Source: Octopus vulgaris (lineage: Eukaryota). From it: a stretch of DNA of 64,000 bases. Below the pieces are notes generated by a model. It searched no databases. It was not told where the DNA came from and worked only from the letters and a program-made list of their open reading frames with translations. The stretch spans positions 118,792,001 to 118,856,000 of the forward strand of contig OX597815.1 in assembly GCA_951406725.2 (NCBI GenBank). The letters run 5' to 3'. Shown piece by piece: positions 62,908 to 64,000 of the stretch (its first letter is position 1; every line of letters begins with the position of its first letter). A program made the position numbers and the translations under genes.

Positions 62908-63553
62908 GGGATCTTTTCGCTTTGACCGGCAGATTTTTAAAATAATTTCCATGTAACTAAAAGATTTTAAACTTCGTATACTGGTAGAATGTATTTATAA
63001 AACATCTGTTTCTCTTGACTTTCTTGAGAAAATTCTGTAGTTTGAAAGATATTTGTAAGATATTTTCTTCAATTTCAGCAATTACAACCAATCAATGACG
63101 TCTATTGAGGGGAAAACGATTTCTGCCGTAGAGTGTAAACAGCATTTTCTGGTGGTGTCATATGAAAATGTCACCCATAAATATGATCGATCTATTGCAT
63201 TTCAATCTGTTTTAGGGTTAGGGTGGGTGGTGGGAGGAAGGGTATCTTTTTTTCTTCAGAAATGTAAATAAACCCAATCTGTTTCTTAAACGAGGGACAT
63301 TTTCATATGACACCGCCAGAAAATGTTTACGGCAGAGAATGTTTTCACCTCAATAGACGTCATTGATTGGTTGAAATTGCCGAAATTGAAGAAAATATCT
63401 TATAAATATCTAACAAACTACAGAATTTTCTCAAGAAAGCCAAGAGAAAAAGATGTTTTATAAACACAATTCTACCAGTATACGAAGTTTAAAAAGTGTT
63501 TAGTTACATGGAAATCATTTTAAAAATCTGCCGGTCAAAAGCGAAAAGAGCCG
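62908..63553. mobile_element. Foldback element with ~260-bp inverted arms, central TTAGGG and 6-bp TSD
   Basis: GGGATCTTTTCGCTTTGACCGGCAGATTTTTAAAAT / ATTTTAAAAATCTGCCGGTCAAAAGCGAAAAGAGCCG. Flanks CACGCT (possibly GCACGCT). TTAGGGTTAGGG at ~63212. Confidence 0.9.
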
Positions 63554-63904
63554 CACGCTGATTACGAAACCACAACTTCATTTTGGAGAAAATCCAATTA
63601 AAAATATATTACAACCCATTAAAGATTGAATTAAAATTTTTGGCGCTGTTTCTTTTTCAAGGACACATAAGAGTGAAAGTAATTCAATTTGTCAAAACTA
63701 GGTGTTTTGCAGTCCCGCCTCCCCCAAAAGTGGAAGTAGTTTTCTTGTTCAGAAAAGAGAAAATGTTTTCTAAGATTCTTGATATGAACTCTCGTTGAAA
63801 CATTTTGTTGCATCTCAGGAAGGTTACAAAATAACAGAAACTATGGAACAACGTAAGCAATAGACAAGACATTAGTATTCATTTTTATCTTCACTTAAAC
63901 GTTG

Positions 63905-63992
63905 ATGTTCTGTTAGACAAACTATACTGCAGTAGATACAATGAGAGAAACTCTCATATTGGTTCTTGGTGCAAAATGCATTCCTGTTTATA
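63905..63992. mobile_element. Left arm of the 42878-type MITE (runs off the window)
   Basis: TGTTCTGTTAG...CTATACTGCAGTAGATACAATGAGAGAAACT...TGCAAAATGCA matches 42878-42945. Confidence 0.65.
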
Positions 63993-64000
63993 TATTATTT

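Overview
This is AT-rich eukaryotic genomic DNA dense in microsatellites and transposons. The repeat families look like those of an octopus or other coleoid cephalopod; that is my recall-based inference, not a database result. The only intact host genes are four single-coding-exon tetraspanins: one on the minus strand at ~2.2-2.9 kb and three on the plus strand at ~24.9, ~39.9 and ~51.5 kb. They share an almost invariant 6-cysteine large-extracellular-loop scaffold but have highly divergent loop sequences, so they form a dispersed tandem array of intronless paralogues. The rest is mobile DNA: several tRNA-derived SINE families (many with visible TSDs), decayed LINEs (R4/Dong-like, RTE, CR1-like), Helitrons (nested and head-to-tail), pogo- and hAT-like MITEs, and foldback elements carrying telomere repeats. 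There is also an apparently ORF1-only (HAL1-like) retroposon family whose 3' tail is shared with one SINE subfamily. Most short ORFs in the track are microsatellite or antisense artefacts. All coordinates were read by eye, and repeat boundaries are approximate unless a TSD or TIR is quoted.
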